Position numbers and translations under genes: made by a program. The notes under the pieces were generated by a model. The model saw nothing but the letters and a program-made list of their open reading frames with translations, made no database searches and was not told the origin of the DNA. Below are positions 22,560-37,123 of a stretch of DNA of 64,000 nt, in pieces (position 1 is the stretch's first letter; the number at the start of each line of letters is the position of its first letter). Source of the stretch: Schmidtea polychroa (taxonomy: Eukaryota); assembly GCA_044892525.1 (NCBI GenBank), contig CM097885.1, positions 31,498,001-31,562,000 on the forward strand, written 5' to 3'.

Positions 22560-25517
22560 AATTTACATTTTCAGGATCGACGTGATTTGTACCTAGCTAT
22601 CGTAATTATTTATAACTTATAGTTTTATAGTTAACAACAAGAATATTACAACTAAGAACTTACACATTTACAAACATTTTAAAGTGGGAACTAGATTTAA
22701 AATGTCTATCTTTACTCGGAATCAGCATATCTAGATCAAGTTATACCTGTACGTATGCCGAATATCTCTCAAAGATCCTTACTACAAAATCTAGTTCGGC
22801 ATATGTCTAAGTATAATTGAAATTACCATTATGGATCAACTAGCTACATTAATGTGAGTGTAGAATTGTGTAATTTTAGGTATGAGCTCTACTCAATTTA
22901 GAACCTTAGTGTAGAGTTATTGTTCAGGATTTTAAGTGTTGAGTTTAATTGTATATTACGCAATGAGTCGGGAAGAATATTGCTTCCATGGCCCCACTGT
23001 GACCACTTCCACAAACCTTAGTGTTGTGTGCTAAGTCAACCATTTACGGCTGACCTTAAATAAATACGAAGAGTCAGACGGAGGGTTTCCTCGACCTAAC
23101 TCCATGGCAGGACCATGAAGTAGTTCGACCTCCGGCTGACCCGAACAAAAAGAGCCATATAATAAGAGATTAATATAATATAAATAATGCATGTTTGCAT
23201 GTACTATGAGGATTTTAACAAATTGGATGCAGGACTGAACAACGACGCAGGAATACCAGTACGCCGTTGAACATTCGTACATCAAAAAAATAATAAAAAA
23301 AAAACATCAAATATGGAATTACTTTAATCTTAACTAAATAATAACTACATGATAATAATAAAAAATTTCAATCATATATACTCACTATGTAGCTAGGAAA
23401 AGTTTTTGTTCAAAATTTGGCATAAAATAATGATGATTCTGACTGAAACGTGTCAGTATATATACCTATTTTGTACACGTGTATGTATTGATGCATTAAA
23501 ACAAACTCGAATTCTTTTTATTCCAGAATTTTCTATTTTGCGATTTTGATATTTTTAATGGCAATTTTTGTGCCATAATTTTTGTTTTTATTTTTAAATT
23601 TTTATTTTTTAATTATTTTTCGTTAATTTTACGTCCATGATGGATTTGGAACGGTTCCAGAACATTCTATTTTACTTTTAATTTAATTTTTATTCTAACT
23701 GGTGTTTTATGAATTTCTTTTTAAGATTTATTATTTTTAATACTAATTTATTTATTTTCTCTAACTTTTATTGTTCTAGCTGGCTTTTGTGATGGTCATC
23801 GCCATTTTAATGGAATGTTCTGGGTTTTTCTGGAATTTTTTCGGTTTTTATCGTCTTTTAAGTTATTCGAGTCTGTTTTATGTTTATCTGTGTTTATTTG
23901 GTTATTTTCGAGTTCTATTTTGCAACACCTCTTGCTTTTGGTATAATTTTATTTAATTTCTGTGTTTAGGTTTTTGTTGTTTTTTCCTTTAATTACTATT
24001 GTTTATTTGGTGTAGTTTTTAATATTTAACTATACTTTTTGCTTTTTGCATGCTGTGTACTTACACATTTCAGTCACAATTAGAAATTTGGGTCTAGAAG
24101 TCAGTTCTAGCCCAACACATGTAAAATGCATACATTAATTTATGTGTGCAACAAAGATTTTTTGGATTTCAGTTTGTAAGGTGTTTTCAGCTGAGAGTTA
24201 AATATTTCAATGATTTGTCAAAATAATTTTAAATTGTAAATAATTGACTATTAAAATAACTTTTAAATAATTTTTAAATTGGATTTTTTGAGTTGAAATT
24301 TTTGAATTAAAAATTAAAATGGCTTTTTAAAAAAGAAGTTTTATTAATGAAAAACTTTTAAATAAATGTTTTAAATATTAAAATATTTTGATAAATGGTT
24401 TTGAAAGTATTTTATTCAACGCGGAAAATTTGTTTTGAAGTTATACAATATTTCATTGAATAAATACTTGGAATTATGTCGTTGACTTTTGAATGGATTT
24501 AAAAAATAATTTAGAAGATGTTTTAGCAGCTTCTAATACAGTTTGAATTTGCAGGATCAATATCACTAATTCAAGGTTAAAATAATGTAGTGCAAGAAAT
24601 AATAATAAAATAATGACGTTTCGTAATAATAATAATAATAATAAGTAGCCTATAGCTTAAATTCCCTAAATCGTAAAAAGGTCAGAAAAAAATTCGATTT
24701 TTAAAATTATTATTAAATACACATATCTATAAAAAATTAAAAATTCAATTTCCGTACGTCAGTACGTTTCCGTACGGAAATTGAATGTACTTACCATTAC
24801 TTATTCATTAATTCAGATTTATTCTAGTATCATCGAATGACACATAGTGTTGGACACGGTACTTTAAAATGTTTAGTGTTATTATTATTATTTTTTTTTT
24901 GAACGCAGTCTCTTATTAATACAAATTTTTTTCATGTAAGATTTATAGACATGTAAATAATGTCTTAATTTCTAGGGTTGTTGAGAAATTTGTGACATAC
25001 TTATAGGGTAGTCTAGGATTTGTAACATAGAGTGACTTTTATTGTATGTATGTTGACTACAACACAACACCAATATCGTATTGTAACGTTGCTATGATGA
25101 CGTCATCCGTGACTTTTTAAGCGTCAACTGGTAAGTGCCAAAAGAAAACCTACCTCTCACTGGCTACAAACAATTTGGACTGTTTAAAATAGGTTCTATA
25201 CGTTTGCTATTACACATGCATATAGTACCATGGACTGGTTTTGGCGGGGAGTAGTTGGAATTTTATATGGACCAGGAGAGGCCAGAATAGTAAATTTGGG
25301 ATGAATTCGATCAATCTTGTCAGTGAAGAATTCACGGAATGCGTTAGCAAGAAAAGATATATCAGGCTGGTCTGGAAGAGAATATATGGGGGTGCGGTGT
25401 AAAATAGAATTAAGGGCTTTCCACAGCGAGTGGGGATAACTGTATAGTTGTTGATGGAGTGTGAAACATCCGGAAACAGTGTGTTTTTGTTTACTCAGTG
25501 TTTACGCGGTTCTACTG

Positions 25518-25645
25518 GCGGGGGCCCTTTTGACAGGGGTCGTTTTTACCAAGGGCCTTATATCAGGGGCCCTTTTATCGGGGTCCTTTATGTCGGGGCC
25601 GTTTTGCCAAGGGCCTTCTTGTCGGGTGCTTTTATGTCGGGGGCC
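25518..25645. repeat. GC-rich tandem repeat, unit of about 16 bp (GGGGCCCTTTTRTC-like), about 8 copies
   Basis: Degenerate tandem units in AT-rich context; possibly a transposon subterminal array. Confidence 0.75.
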
Positions 25646-26999
25646 GTAATATCGGGGCCCTTTTGACGAGTCATATACACGCACACCAACATTAGGGTAT
25701 ATATACCGATGTATTTCAATCAAAAGATACATGAATTTATGTCAACATTTTTGCCAGAAAATTTAACAAGTATGGTTACTTTTTGTTTGTTTATGTTCAT
25801 GTAATAATCTTTTGTTTACTATCATGTTATGAGAATATAAGGTTGTGCAAAATCATCATTTTTGTTTTACGATGTCTTTTTGAACAAGCGAGATTTTTTC
25901 CAACCTTGGATTCCTTATTTTTTCAGGCCCACAGCTAACTGCATTTACAAACAAATAAAATAAACTTCAACCGGGAGTGACGGTAGTTCTTCGCAGTGCA
26001 TACTGAGCCATTTTACCAACCTGTCTATCAGGAATTTCTTGGTGACCTGTGTGGACAATGATCAGCATTGACGTTGTCTACACCGGGTGTAAACGTTAGT
26101 AATTAAATCGACCGAGGCCACTGCATATTTTTAGTTTTTACACAACACCAAGAGTTCACCGTATCCAAGTCCAATAGGCCAGTGCGATCGACAACTTCCT
26201 TAATTAATGTTAAGGATTTATAGCGTATAATGACCACATACCTTAATTACATTTAAATACAGAGTTTATAAGACAGTAAGCGCTCGCTTCTCAAACGTCC
26301 AGTGGGCTGAGAGAAACGAGTATTTCAACATTATTGAGGCAAAATCATCACCACATACAATGAAGATTTGAATCGTAAAGTCAATTTTAAACTTTGAATT
26401 TCAGAGAATGTGCGATTCCTGTCCAAAGATGCTGGGTGTCAATTGTAACTTTGATTATAAGGAAATAAATGAATACAAAAGATTTAATTAGTAGTTATTT
26501 TATAAAATAGGTAATTCCGAACACGGACCTGAGTTGAAAGTAGTGTAGCAATGTAGACTAAAGGCGATTTCTTTCTGATTAGTAAAACCCCGAATATAGA
26601 TTGTTGATAAAACAGTTTATATTTAACAATAATTATTAGTCGACTGATCAATAAAAATGTAAGGAATGATGGAAATGTTTACTTTATATTACATTCAATT
26701 ATATTACCATATTTTATATTGTGGTATGTTAGAGGGTATGATGTAGTGTGCAAGAATTGAATTAATAATAATGGTAGATCCAGAGTATACATTACCGAAA
26801 AGGGCAGATCCCTCTAAAAGTTTCCAATCCACCAATCTTAAGTTGCAATTTAAGAGGATGTGTGAATAAAAGCAGAGCAGATCACCGATAAAACTTTCGA
26901 ATGCTAATTTTGACTTGAGTTGTGAGGAAATGGGCGATAAACAGAGAGGGACGTAAAAAAAGTCGGACATAGGCTTTCTATTGGCAGTACTATTATAGT

Positions 27000-27160
27000 G
27001 TACAAGGGTACGCTCACTTTTTTTAAGTACTCACCCACTCGATACAGTTTCAACGTTCATCACTTGACAGGTATCGAGCGCTACATGATTCTTGTATTCA
27101 GGATTACGCTGGAGACAGGTCGAAAGGGTAAAATATGGATTACATGTAACCCACCACGTT
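27000..27160 (+). repeat. Solo copy of the conserved 3' module of the unclassified element
   Basis: Matches 61780-61923 (cgctcactttt..agtactca..ttgtattc..ttacgctgg..gtaacccacca). Confidence 0.7.
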
Positions 27161-27785
27161 TATTAAAACACCTATTTCTAAATGATTGATGAGTGAACCA
27201 AATTCATGCCCCCATACAATCAAGATCTATTAAGGTGACAGTTTGATTCAATTATAAGTTTCCCTTAGTGCAAACTTGCACATTTTGATTACAAATTAGC
27301 ATAAGATGTACATAATAAGATTTATAAAATAACTTAGGCGACAAATAGTAGAGAACTCTGGAGAAAAAATAGCAAAAAATGTTAATTATAATTCCACTTA
27401 ATAAAATTACAAGTAGTCCATTTAAAAAGCTGTGTGAACTGTGTATTGTTGAGTTTTTAATTAGATAATTATTAACGTCGGTGTTTCTGACTCCACGTGT
27501 TCTGTAAAAACAATTAGACAAACAACACTCAACATAAATTTATTTTCAAATTCGTATAATTGTAGAAGATAAAGTATAAATCAACAACTAACTTATTTCA
27601 ATACAACTAATTAATAAATACGCGAGGATATTTCAACATGAATACTATCCTTACTTAATAAATACACTCAACTCTTTTTTACACGCGTTTTGTTATACGA
27701 TTACGAAATAACACGATCTACAAAAAAGAACAATTACTCTTTTTTTGCATAATTTATTCCATCTTGTGCTAGATCAAATATCTAA

Positions 27786-28645
27786 TTGCTGTTTTTACCG
27801 CCTAATATAACTTCCTTGAGTCAGCCACTGGATCAGAGCATTATAGCAACCTTCAAAATATATTATATAAAACAAGCGTTTAAATATATTTTAGATTCAA
27901 TCGAGGAAAAACTTAACGGTCATGGAATGCATGGAAAAATTACACAATTATGCATTGTATTACACATGCTTCTCATGTCGTAAAACAACTTCGGACATCT
28001 ACCCTAAATACTTCCTGGAGAAAGATTTTGCCAGAATGCGTCGAAAGTGGAAATTCTGTAATAGACACATCAATTGTGTGTTTGGAAATAATAATTTTAT
28101 AACACGCCATTCGTCGTGAAGGGCTTGACAACATGGATACGGCAAACATCGATAAAATAATGATTGAGAAACCTTTAGATGAGGAGGGTATCCTTGAAGT
28201 TGTAAGAGTTAATGTTAGTAATGAAAACAATAATGATTATGAGAAAGGTGGAATTCAACAACTAAAAGCTAGTTTAATTCGCGAGGGTTATAAATTTTCT
28301 GCAATTATGGCACATCATTTCCTTACTTATGATGCCGACGTGGAATGTGCAATAAGGTTTCAGCGTATCATGCAGCTTTGCACGGATGGGTACCAAAATA
28401 CCTACAAGCAACTTGAGAAACCAAAAATCCAGCCTCTTATAACGGATTTCCTAATAAAAAAAAAGCCAGCATCAGAGGACGTTATTAACAAACGAGTGCC
28501 TTCAATGGATTCAAGTTCGTTAGATGTGTTAGACTCTAGCGATGAAAACAATATTGCACCTGTTAGAATAAACGTGCCCTGTTATTATCAAGTAGTGATG
28601 ATAGCAATAAATAAACTTTTGATTTATAATTCAAATTTTTTATGA
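27786..28645 (+). pseudogene. Tigger/pogo (DDE_1, CENP-B-like) transposase remnant
   Basis: FLPPNITSLSQPLDQSIIATFKIYY motif followed by frameshifted C-terminal segments. Confidence 0.8.
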
Positions 28646-28939
28646 GTACTTATGGACTAAAATTTATTTGTTATCTTTTTTAATAAAAATGAGAATGAGA
28701 TATATACGAATATGTGTTAGAATAATTATATGTGTTTTCATAAATTTATTTTGCATGATTTTTCATACCAAAAAGATTTTTTTCATCTTACATGGTTTTT
28801 TTTAACTGTGGAACACATCCTCAGTTTTACTATGTCTTCCTGATTTTTTTACTCGAATTTCTTTGGAACGTATCTACAGTGTAATAAAAGAGTTGGGTGT
28901 ATTATAAATATGTCAACATGTGATGTCAATGTCAATACA

Positions 28940-29700
28940 TACATTTTACCCTTTCGTGCTGTTTCCAGCGTAACCCAGAATACAAACAATTGCTTTCTCT
29001 GCTTGATACCCGTTGAGCGATCAACGTTGGTACTATCAAAAGTGGTGAGTGGTCGCAAAAAGTGAGCACACTATTTGCAGTATAATTGTCGGGCACTCCT
29101 TGGGTTCATGGACTATCGATAGAAGATTTGTGTCCGATTTGCTCTGGTCCCTTAATTTAATTGTTTTCCCAAATCCTATAAACTCTCGCCATTTCATCAA
29201 ACTGACATCAAACATGCTCGAAAAAATCAAACAGTTTTATTAATATTCTCATCAGATCATTACACCGTTGTTTGCGAATTATGTTGAGATTGCGATGACC
29301 CTTGTTCGACCAGGCGCTCCTGTTCGGCTAGCCGGAGTCTCTTCAACCGTTCTCTCTGACCTCGGCCTAACCTCTCGCGTTTCGATTTTCCTGGCTTGGG
29401 TGCATGGATTTCCGCTAACGCCGTGGCCATGGGTCAAATGGCTCCAGCAATGTGAGCATCGATGGTCTTTTGACTCAGTTGCGTTTCCAGCGCTCGAACT
29501 TGTATCTTCAACGCGCGAATTTCCGTTTGCCCTGCGCCTTTTAGAGCTGCAATTGCTCGATTTGTCGGACACGTTTTTTCATGTCATCGGGGCTAAACCA
29601 TGTGCTTTCCAGTTCTTTGCACCACCCTTTGAATTTCATGATTCTAGTCCGTAGTCCCTCCACTTGTAACTGGGCTTGCTCTCGGTCATTCTCCAGGTAC
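28940..29700 (-). pseudogene. Degenerate ORF2 plus 3' module of the unclassified element (5'-truncated)
   Basis: YLENDREQAQLQVEGLR..ELESTWFSPDDMKK; the 3' module matches 3420-3630. Confidence 0.7.
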
Positions 29701-30281
29701 ATTTGTAAATGAAGTTCAACGCATCTATATTTACAATTGTAATTAGCATTAGGAATGTTGGTTTCAACTATTAGATCCATTGAGGGGGTCGTAAAGAAGA
29801 TATATGAATTTTAATTTGCAAAATTCAATAAACCTATATATATACATATACATATGCTGGGTTTTAGATAATTTAAGTCGGTAACCTCTGACTCCTCGTG
29901 TCCTTTTAATCACTTTTAATCAAAACAATAAACTACCCAACGTATATTTGAATCACAAAAATATATTATTTCCTCAACAATAAACAATCAATAATCAAAG
30001 TTAAGTTTGACCGATTCTCCGCTCGGTGTTGATGCTTTGACAAAAGATAATATTCATCTTTTATTTCCTTAGGTTCTCTTGACCAACGTGTAATAGTTCT
30101 TGCTATGTTTTATTTTACTTTTATTTAGATGTTTTAACTTTTGTGTGAATTTTAATTTAATAATTAAATCAATCGCCAAAAATGTATTTTTCTAAAATAT
30201 TTCTAAAACAAATATCAGAAATTCTAATGAATATTTAACTTAATTTTAACTCAAAAATAATTCTTATGGTGATATTTCGTC

Positions 30282-31385
<1,104 letters not shown>

Positions 31386-31953
31386 GTACTACTATTCGCA
31401 GCAATATTGTTAGAAATTGGTAACGTTGAATTGATTTTCAGATATTCTATTGATCCTTTGATTGTTTGAATTTCTGTTAATAATAATTCAATCTTTTTTA
31501 ATAAATAATCATGCTTCTTATCAATAATTTTCATATTCTTTTTATTTTCAACAATAGAGTTATTGAAAACCTCAATATGATCAATTAATTTAATTTTTAT
31601 ATTTTGTATATATTCAAATGATAGTTCATAACTGTTTTCTAAATTCTCCAATCTTTGAGATATTCTTTTTCCTGGATGCTTTGACCATTTTGGTTTGTCG
31701 AGAATATATAAAATATCCATCAACTTGGCTGTATTCGGACAAACACATATTGATTTATTAAAAGACTCCACTGTTATTGTTGTATTGTGTGAGCACACAC
31801 TCGTTATAATAATTAGCAATATGAATATAGTTTTCATGGTGTATCAAATCAAAACCTTTCTTTTACATTAATGCCTATCAACCAATCAAAATCATACAGT
31901 ATTAGTATAAATAAAACATCATATTTTAAATTATTGTAAAAATATCTCATTTT

Positions 31954-32456
31954 ATGGAAAATCTTTTAAGCGAACTCGTCAACAAGAATATTATGGAAAG
32001 CCTAAGTTTCCTGGTCGATCGGACCGAAAAGATTATAGAAGGAAATCACATTGATTATGAGGACGTGCTCAATTCCGATTCCCTCGAAACGAAGAAATTC
32101 TATTTTAATAGGATTTTTAACTGTCTATGCGACGAGGAGATGAAGTGGACCCGAATATTAGTAGGGTTCGCTTATATGAAGATCATAATGGAAAGAAGTC
32201 TATGGGACTCTGAACATTATTATCAGTGGTCTCAAGAAGTAATACTTTTATAATCTATATTTTATTAATATTTATTTTCTAGATAATCAAGTCAAAGTTT
32301 CAGCCATGGATTGAAGCCAATGGCGGATGGGGCGTGCTGAATCAACTCGCCAGAAATGCAAAGGAAATAGATCAGCAGAAAATCAAATTTAAAAACTATT
32401 TAAAACTTGCAACAGTTGTTGCTATTTTGTATGTTTTATGTCGGTTTTTTAAATAA
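31954..32456 (+). CDS. Bcl-2 family protein (viral Bcl-2), 152 aa; 44-nt intron 32239-32282
   Basis: BH1-like LCDEEMKWTRILVGFAY in exon 1; exon 2 gives BH2 WIEANGGW and the tail anchor LATVVAILYVLCRFFK. Confidence 0.85.
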
Positions 32457-32533
32457 AAATTAATATAGTTATTTTGTTTGATTTTTAAATAAAATTTTAA
32501 TTAAATTTACAAACACTAATTAACTAAGATTTA

Positions 32534-32889
32534 TTAATTAACACATTCGCAGTCGTCATCTCCACATTTCATTATTTTTTCAACGACATGATCAATACAA
32601 TCATTCGTAATATTATCTTTAGATTCATCTTTAGGTTCCTCTATAGGTTCCTCTATAGGTTCATCTATAGGTTCATAGATTTCCTCTTGAGTTTCTTCCT
32701 CATCATCAAATCCTGTATCTTGACTCTCAACTAACCAGCCGATATTTAAGGCATTTGTAATAGATAATATGTCCTCAATTTTCACACCAGATATTTCTGC
32801 TAACTCTTCCAACAAAAAGTTGATTAAAAATTCTAAATAATAAATAATTCGGTAATTAATAAATCATGTTAACCTTTTTCTGCAGTCAT
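32534..32889 (-). CDS. Small acidic accessory protein; 41-nt intron 32833-32873
   Basis: Homolog of 20675..21060 (INFL.E.L.EIS.VK, CIDH.VE.IMK). Confidence 0.65.
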
Positions 32890-33021
32890 TTTCATCACTT
32901 TAAAACTATATTATAAGTTTGTTTATAGATTTTCTTTGTTAAATTTGCATGTCATTTGCATTTATGTTGCAATTAATAAAGAGAAAAACAAATCTGACTA
33001 ATACATTTATTAAATATAACA

Positions 33022-33450
33022 TTAAAATATTTGTGAAAGTCTAGCAGACATAATTTTCCAAATAGGAGAATATACATCATTATTATCAACTTTATATCCC
33101 TGGATTGCAATTGTTATATACCAATTTTCATTTTCTTTGAAACTAATTTCATCAAAAGCATCATAAAATCTTGCATATCTATTGTTGAACCACGCATGTT
33201 GATTACACGATAGATTCGAATCTATCCGTTTAAAAACATCATCAATAGTTTTGACATCAATCATTGAAAGCGTGCCGGATAAGAATTCAAATTTAGTTGG
33301 AATTAGCTTGACTGGTGCAACCAATTTCATATTGATTTCTTCTTTCAAAAAATACATTTTGTAGTTGTGGAACATTTGAACTGGTTGTACCATTTGAACT
33401 GGTTGTACCATTTCTTTAGGTTTTTCGGTGCTTGAAATTTTCTTAGTCAT
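33022..33450 (-). CDS. Accessory protein, candidate SSB; intronless homolog of 20008..20602
   Basis: PVQMFHNYKMYFL, VFKRIDSNL and ITIAIQGY..PIWKI align with the copy-1 protein. Confidence 0.6.
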   Translation of the reverse strand: MTKKISSTEKPKEMVQPVQMVQPVQMFHNYKMYFLKEEINMKLVAPVKLIPTKFEFLSGTLSMIDVKTIDDVFKRIDSNLSCNQHAWFNNRYARFYDAFDEISFKENENWYITIAIQGYKVDNNDVYSPIWKIMSARLSQIF

Positions 33451-33635
33451 CGTGAATAATGAATAAATTTAAATGTTACAGGGTTTTTATACCTTTGACT
33501 CATGCCTATCAACCAATCAGATTATAGCATGTCTTTGTTTAAATTGCATTCAAAATGCATTGATGTTGCATTGTCACATGTTCTATTATTTTTATTAATG
33601 TTTTATTATTATTAATGTTTTATTATTTCTATTTC

Positions 33636-33674
<39 letters not shown>

Positions 33675-33788
33675 TTTATTATTAATGTTTTATTATTAAT
33701 GTTTTATTATTTCTATTATTACTATTATTATTATGATTACTATTATTATTTCAAATATAAAAAAGATAAAACACAATAAAAAATTCAT

Positions 33789-34175
33789 TTATTGGTAACC
33801 TAAATCTACAATCCGGGAGTAGTGAAACCTTCTCAGAGTTTTCACTAACTCCCATTTGACACATCGCCGATATCGATCGGCACAGCATGAGCATCCGATG
33901 ATGCATTGGTACCCCGGCTCCATTTACTTCATTGTTCTGTTGATCTTAACATCCCATAAAAATTGATGAAAGACCTCCATTATTCTAATTTGCGTGGCAT
34001 AAAAAATCAAATCTGGTATGATTTCCGGTTCCCGATCTTTGATTACTTCAGCAATTTGCGGATAATAATATTTTATCCTATTAATCATGACTTCTAGATA
34101 TTTTTCTAAAATAATAAATATAAAAAATGTGAAAATAAAAATTTTAAATTTACCATAATCATCTATTTCTTTCAT
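33789..34175 (-). pseudogene. Orphan Cys-rich accessory gene, homolog of 19437..19805, with an in-frame TAA at 33924-33926
   Basis: The frame continues after the stop as MEPGYQCIIGCSCCAD..KWELVKTL to a stop at 33789. Confidence 0.5.
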
Positions 34176-34276
34176 GAGATTCGCGGCGCTCGGAATTTTT
34201 ACATAGTGAAATAAATGAATTCTAAACAAAAAACCGTTTGTTTAAATCAATCAATAACCAATTAGAAATTAACCAA

Positions 34277-34714
34277 TTAGAAATCGACCAATGAAATTAT
34301 CTCATTTCGAACCTTGTCAACAAATTCTCTATACTCCAAATTTCTCAACCCTAACATGACAACCTTTCCACTAGCAAACACGTTGACACATATAGGGTTA
34401 TATTTTAATAGTCTTAGTGCCGGAAACAATTCCGGTTCAAATATACAATCACATTTTTTCGACATGTTATATAGATTGATACTATGTCCCATATCCATAG
34501 TAACGGTAATTGATTGGATTATAATATTATTTATTCGATATTGTAATTTATTAATATCCAAAGGTTTCTTACATCCCATGATTCTGCATTTACCAGTCTT
34601 GAAAAATATTATCGGATATTTCCCGCTTCTATCGATAATTTGCTGGGGTTTCCCTGGTGGGAACCTCATATTCGATACATCAAAATTTCCTCGATAATTT
34701 ATATTTGCTAACAT
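34277..34714 (-). CDS. TATA-binding-protein-like protein (viral TBP)
   Basis: IIFFKTGKCRIMGCK; FEPELFPALRL..VNVFASGKVVMLG. Confidence 0.85.
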   Translation of the reverse strand: MLANINYRGNFDVSNMRFPPGKPQQIIDRSGKYPIIFFKTGKCRIMGCKKPLDINKLQYRINNIIIQSITVTMDMGHSINLYNMSKKCDCIFEPELFPALRLLKYNPICVNVFASGKVVMLGLRNLEYREFVDKVRNEIISLVDF

Positions 34715-34813
34715 TATTAAATCATTTATGAAAATTAGTCTTTATATATAAATTGAGCACGAGTTCATTAAATCATCGAATATAAACAAATACACATTTA
34801 TAAAATCTTTGAA

Positions 34814-35439
34814 ATGGAATTAAGAAATGATGCAGTATACCAAATCGTTGGTCCGAGTGGTAGTGGAAAAACATTATTTGTTTGTAAATTACTAAAATCA
34901 GATTTATTCAAATCAAAATTCAACAGGATTTATTGGCATAGGGGTGCTGATGAAGAACATGGATTAACTCAATCAAGTTTCTGTAAATTAAAAAACATGA
35001 AAATAGTAAAGGGATTCGATAAAAACTGGTCCAGCCGATTAAAGAAAGGTGATGTCATTATTATCGATGATTTGTATCAAGAAGCTAATAAAGAAAAAGA
35101 TTTTAATAATTTATTTACAAAGATCAGCAGACATGTCGGTGTAACAGTTATTTTCATAACACAAAATCTATTTCATCAAGGTGGGCACATCGAACACGTA
35201 ATTTAAATGTACAATATTTAGTCATTTTCAAGAATCCTAGAGATGCAACAGTGATTGATTTTCTTGCACGTCAAGCATACCCTAACAATCGTAATTTTCT
35301 TATCAGTGCATTTCAAGATGCTACAAAAATACCTCATGGATATATATTTCTTGATTTCACACAACAATGTCCCGATGATTTACGAGTAAAAACAGATATT
35401 TTCAACCCAAAAGGTGCCATGGTTTATAAACAAAGTTGA
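34814..35439 (+). pseudogene. Packaging ATPase with a 1-nt frameshift near 35185
   Basis: ORFs 34814..35206 and 35251..35439 together match 18189..18815. Confidence 0.9.
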
Positions 35440-35457
35440 AAACCTCTATGAATAATA

Positions 35458-35991
35458 ATGTTTCTAAAAGCAAGGGTGAAAAATATTAGGAAATTAAGAA
35501 AAGGTATTAGAAAGACTATTAAAGTTCCAAAGGTTCCACCAACAACTAGTTATACACCATCTAAAAAACTTGTAACTGAAAATTTCTCTGCAATGAATCT
35601 TATTTCGAAAAATCCTAAACCTAAACGTAACACCCGTAAAACCCGTAAAACCAGTAAAAAAGTAGCTAAAAATCATCGCAGTTTTCCATTTTTTAATGCA
35701 TTGTTAAAGGCCCCGAGTATGAAAAGAATGAATATATTGCAATCATTCCCAAATTTTGTTGTCGATGATTTACTCAATATTATACTTAAAGTAGTAAAAG
35801 GTAAAATTAAAATCAGTAAATCAAAAAAGCATTTATTGAGCAAACATAGGAAACCATTGTTATTTTTAGTAAATAATAAAAATCGTAAGCAAATGAGGAA
35901 AATTATATATAAACAACAAGGTGAATTTATTGGTGCATTGATACCTCTGGCATTATCATTATTAGGTGGAGTTGTAGGAAATCAATCATAA
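35458..35991 (+). CDS. Lys/Arg-rich core-like protein
   Basis: Near-identical to 17637..18170 (QQGG changed to QQGE). Confidence 0.7.
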   Translation: MFLKARVKNIRKLRKGIRKTIKVPKVPPTTSYTPSKKLVTENFSAMNLISKNPKPKRNTRKTRKTSKKVAKNHRSFPFFNALLKAPSMKRMNILQSFPNFVVDDLLNIILKVVKGKIKISKSKKHLLSKHRKPLLFLVNNKNRKQMRKIIYKQQGEFIGALIPLALSLLGGVVGNQS

Positions 35992-35994
35992 ACA

Positions 35995-36222
35995 ATGGGT
36001 GCTAATCCTTCATTGCCCGACATTAAATTTAATTTTAAATCTTCTTGTTGTAATGGAGAAGATTTGGACGAACCCAGAAGACGAAGCCGGTTTCGGTGGA
36101 GTGGCAAAATTAAACAAAAGAGTTCCGAATTCGAAAAAAGAAACCCAGAAGTGGTTATCAGATCAGCTTGCGTACAGTTTGAACAAACCAATGCGGAAAA
36201 GATTTCCAACAAGAGCGTATAA
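35995..36222 (+). CDS. Candidate overprinted myristoylated protein
   Basis: MGANPS..CC; same length as the copy-1 ORF. Confidence 0.5.
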   Translation: MGANPSLPDIKFNFKSSCCNGEDLDEPRRRSRFRWSGKIKQKSSEFEKRNPEVVIRSACVQFEQTNAEKISNKSV

Positions 36223-36440
36223 AACATTTGGTATTGACGATTTATGGCAAATGGATTTGATGGAGATGATACCATATTCGAAAATTAACAATGGGAATAA
36301 ATATATTTTAACATGTATTAATGTATACAGCAGGTTTGCACGAGCAATACCGGTCAAGGCAAAATCTGCAGAAGAAATGTCCAAGGCAATTAATATTTTA
36401 TTTAAAGATGGACATCCTAATAACTTGCAAACAGATTTAG

Positions 36441-36490
<50 letters not shown>

Positions 36491-37123
36491 TTAGGTAAAG
36501 AATTCTACAATAGCAAAGTTAAGCAAATCCTCGATAAACTGAAAATAAATCACTACTCGGTACATTCTCAATACAAAGCTGCCCATGTTGAAAGATTTAA
36601 TCGAACATTGAGAGATCGATTAAAGAAATTGTTCGTGCATCAAGGTAATAAAAAATGGGTAAATGCTTTACCGAAAATAATAACAAGTTATAATCATTCA
36701 TCACATCGAGGACTGAATGGCTTGAGACCGGTTGATATTACATCAAAAACATCATTGACTTCTAAAAAATCTGTAAATATTGCAAAACCTAAATATAAAG
36801 TCGGTGACCATGTTAGAATTAGTAAAATTAGTGCATCACCATTTATTAAAATTTTTGATACAAATTGGAGTGATGAAGTCTTTGTAATTTCAAAAATAAA
36901 TACTAAACAGAATCCTGTAATGTATGTCATCAAAGACAATGATAATAATATTGTACAGGGGAAATTTTATGAGCAGGAATTACAAGTCATTCCTCCCCCA
37001 AAAGTATTTAGTATTCAAAAAATATTGAAAACTAAAAAGGTCGGTAAGGATAAACAATACTATGTCAAATGGCATGGTTATCAAAACCCGTCATGGATAT
37101 CAGCAAAAGACCTAGTAAAGTGA
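36053..37123 (+). CDS. rve integrase with chromodomain; (ATT)n intron 36441-36494
   Basis: Near-identical to the copy-1 integrase; DDE motifs intact. Confidence 0.92.

Larger units (their letters stand above)
3378..24119 (-). mobile_element. Unclassified ~4.5 kb dispersed element, copy A (interrupted by Polinton-1 at 6375-22559)
   Basis: Blocks 22840-24119, ORF1 4494-4859, ORF2 3786-4256 and the 3' module 3378-3620 are collinear with the reverse complement of 56678-61923. Confidence 0.6.

Noticed and set aside
25448..25732. Short ORFs over the GC-rich tandem repeat
   Set aside because: Open in several frames only because of the repeat; no recognisable domain.
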